Of a stretch of DNA of 64,000 nt, positions 1-64,000 are shown piece by piece. This DNA is from Tubulanus polymorphus (taxonomy: Eukaryota > Animalia > Nemertea). The number at the start of each line of letters is the position of its first letter. The stretch's first letter is position 1. A program made the translations under genes and the position numbers. Under the pieces are notes generated by a model, which saw nothing but the letters and a program-made list of their open reading frames with translations, was not told the DNA's origin and made no database searches. The stretch spans positions 11,936,451-12,000,450 of the forward strand of contig NC_134035.1 of the NCBI RefSeq assembly GCF_964204645.1, in the 5' to 3' direction.

Positions 1-64000
<64,000 letters not shown>

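Overview
Eukaryotic (animal, probably spiralian/lophotrochozoan) genomic DNA. The whole window lies inside one very large minus-strand gene encoding a MAM and LDL-receptor class A domain protein (MALRD-like). Neither the start nor the end of the gene is in the window. I count about 45 MAM domains (C..F[WY]Y[HY]M.G cores) and 6 LDLa modules, spread over roughly 100 short exons plus one GC-rich intronless exon of at least 3825 bp. The domains are ordered in triplets separated by Thr/Pro linkers, with a duplicated 9-MAM/3-LDLa cassette. The introns hold the most interesting material. (1) One 2-kb intron (45069-47075) contains 12 tandem pre-miRNA-like hairpins in sense with the host; one 22-nt arm is nearly invariant (UCAGCUGUGACGAUGCCUUCUU, resembling miR-1989 from memory) and Microprocessor motifs are present. 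(2) At least 7 recognisable minimal hammerhead-ribozyme motifs, plus decayed copies, sit in tiny retro-insertions, some with target-site duplications and fold-back arms. (3) There are many MITE families (Harbinger-like, piggyBac-like, pogo-like, P-like), LINE 3' remnants and tRNA-like cassettes. All calls were made by eye; no searches or folding were run. Only a representative subset of exons is listed.
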